A stretch of DNA of 50,393 nt from positions 1-50,393 of the forward strand of contig LPNZ01011357.1 of NCBI GenBank assembly GCA_001655205.1, read 5' to 3'. Positions within the stretch are counted from its first letter, which is position 1, and each line of letters opens with the position of its first letter. The DNA comes from Lenisia limosa (taxonomy: Eukaryota; Protista; Breviatea). Below, piece after piece: positions 49,951-50,393 of this stretch. The notes below the pieces were generated by a model. That model had not been told where the DNA came from. It made no database searches and was given only the letters and a program-made list of their open reading frames with translations. The position numbers and the translations under genes were made by a program.

Positions 49951-50393
49951 TTATAAGTCTGTTAAAGAGTAGTACAGGCCTGAGATCATGATAAGAACTC
50001 CTACAATTGCAGCAAGAAGAGATCTACGATATTAATAAAAAAAATTCATGTTTTACTCTTACAAAATCGAGTGAAGTGAAATAGCGTTGTTGGACTTTGC
50101 AACAAAAAAGAAACACCTAAGAGGTGAGGAAAGAACAATCAAAAAAAGGAACCACAAACAGTGAGGGAAGAATAATTGAGGTAGTGGGTGAGGCGAGGGA
50201 GCCAATGAAGGAGAACACCATAGAAATATCTAAATGATGAGAAGTAAACAGACATCGTAACCTAGGCATACAATTATATTCCAAAAGGCCAATCCTCCCA
50301 CCAGAAACTAAGAAGGCAACAATAATGTCAATTGCGAAAATAGCACTCGCAATGGCAGTGATGCGGAGTTGTGACGACTTGGTACCAGAAAAG
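49951..50393 (-). CDS. 3' end of an amino-acid/auxin permease (AAAP/SLC36-38-like) transporter, 5'-truncated by the window edge
   Basis: LPLRVLFFAIDIIVAFLVS|DISMVFSFIGSLASPTTSIILPSL|...|LLAAIVGVLIMISGLYYSLTDL* matches the last three TMs of Aa_trans family members (..V+S++G+..S....+LP..+). Confidence 0.65.

Overview
This is compact, intron-dense eukaryotic nuclear DNA in the standard genetic code. Introns are canonical GT-AG and mostly 30-70 nt, so the supplied ORF track mostly catches single exons or antisense noise; the gene models below were rebuilt by hand across splice sites. I count about 14 protein genes, arranged largely as head-to-head and tail-to-tail pairs. In order: a 3'-truncated unknown gene (-), GEX1/Brambleberry/Kar5-family nuclear-fusion protein (+), TPR protein (-), a large axonemal-dynein-light-chain-domain (AXDND1-like) protein (+), PARP1-like polymerase (+), HEAT-repeat protein (-), oligoribonuclease Orn/REXO2 (+), LRRIQ1-like LRR-IQ protein (-), Cid1/TUTase-family nucleotidyltransferase (-), a MoxR-clade AAA+ protein with degenerate Walker motifs (+), a polytopic DUF229/alkaline-phosphatase-superfamily protein with an embedded EGF domain (-), glutamine synthetase II with a mitochondrial-type presequence (+), an FHA protein (+) and the 3' end of an amino-acid transporter (-). 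The gene content suggests a flagellated organism with a mitochondrion-type organelle and a capacity for karyogamy (inference). I could not support any rRNA, tRNA, CRISPR array or intact transposon. The most interesting leads are the GEX1 gene with a perfect TGACAG-based palindrome in its promoter, the MoxR-like pseudo-ATPase, the TUTase with a Cys-rich tail, the EGF-containing DUF229 enzyme, position-biased intronic G/C homopolymers and two intronic fold-backs. I do not see a clearly new multi-gene system. Family calls come from recalled motifs, not database searches. Several gene ends are approximate, and eight N-gaps interrupt the sequence.
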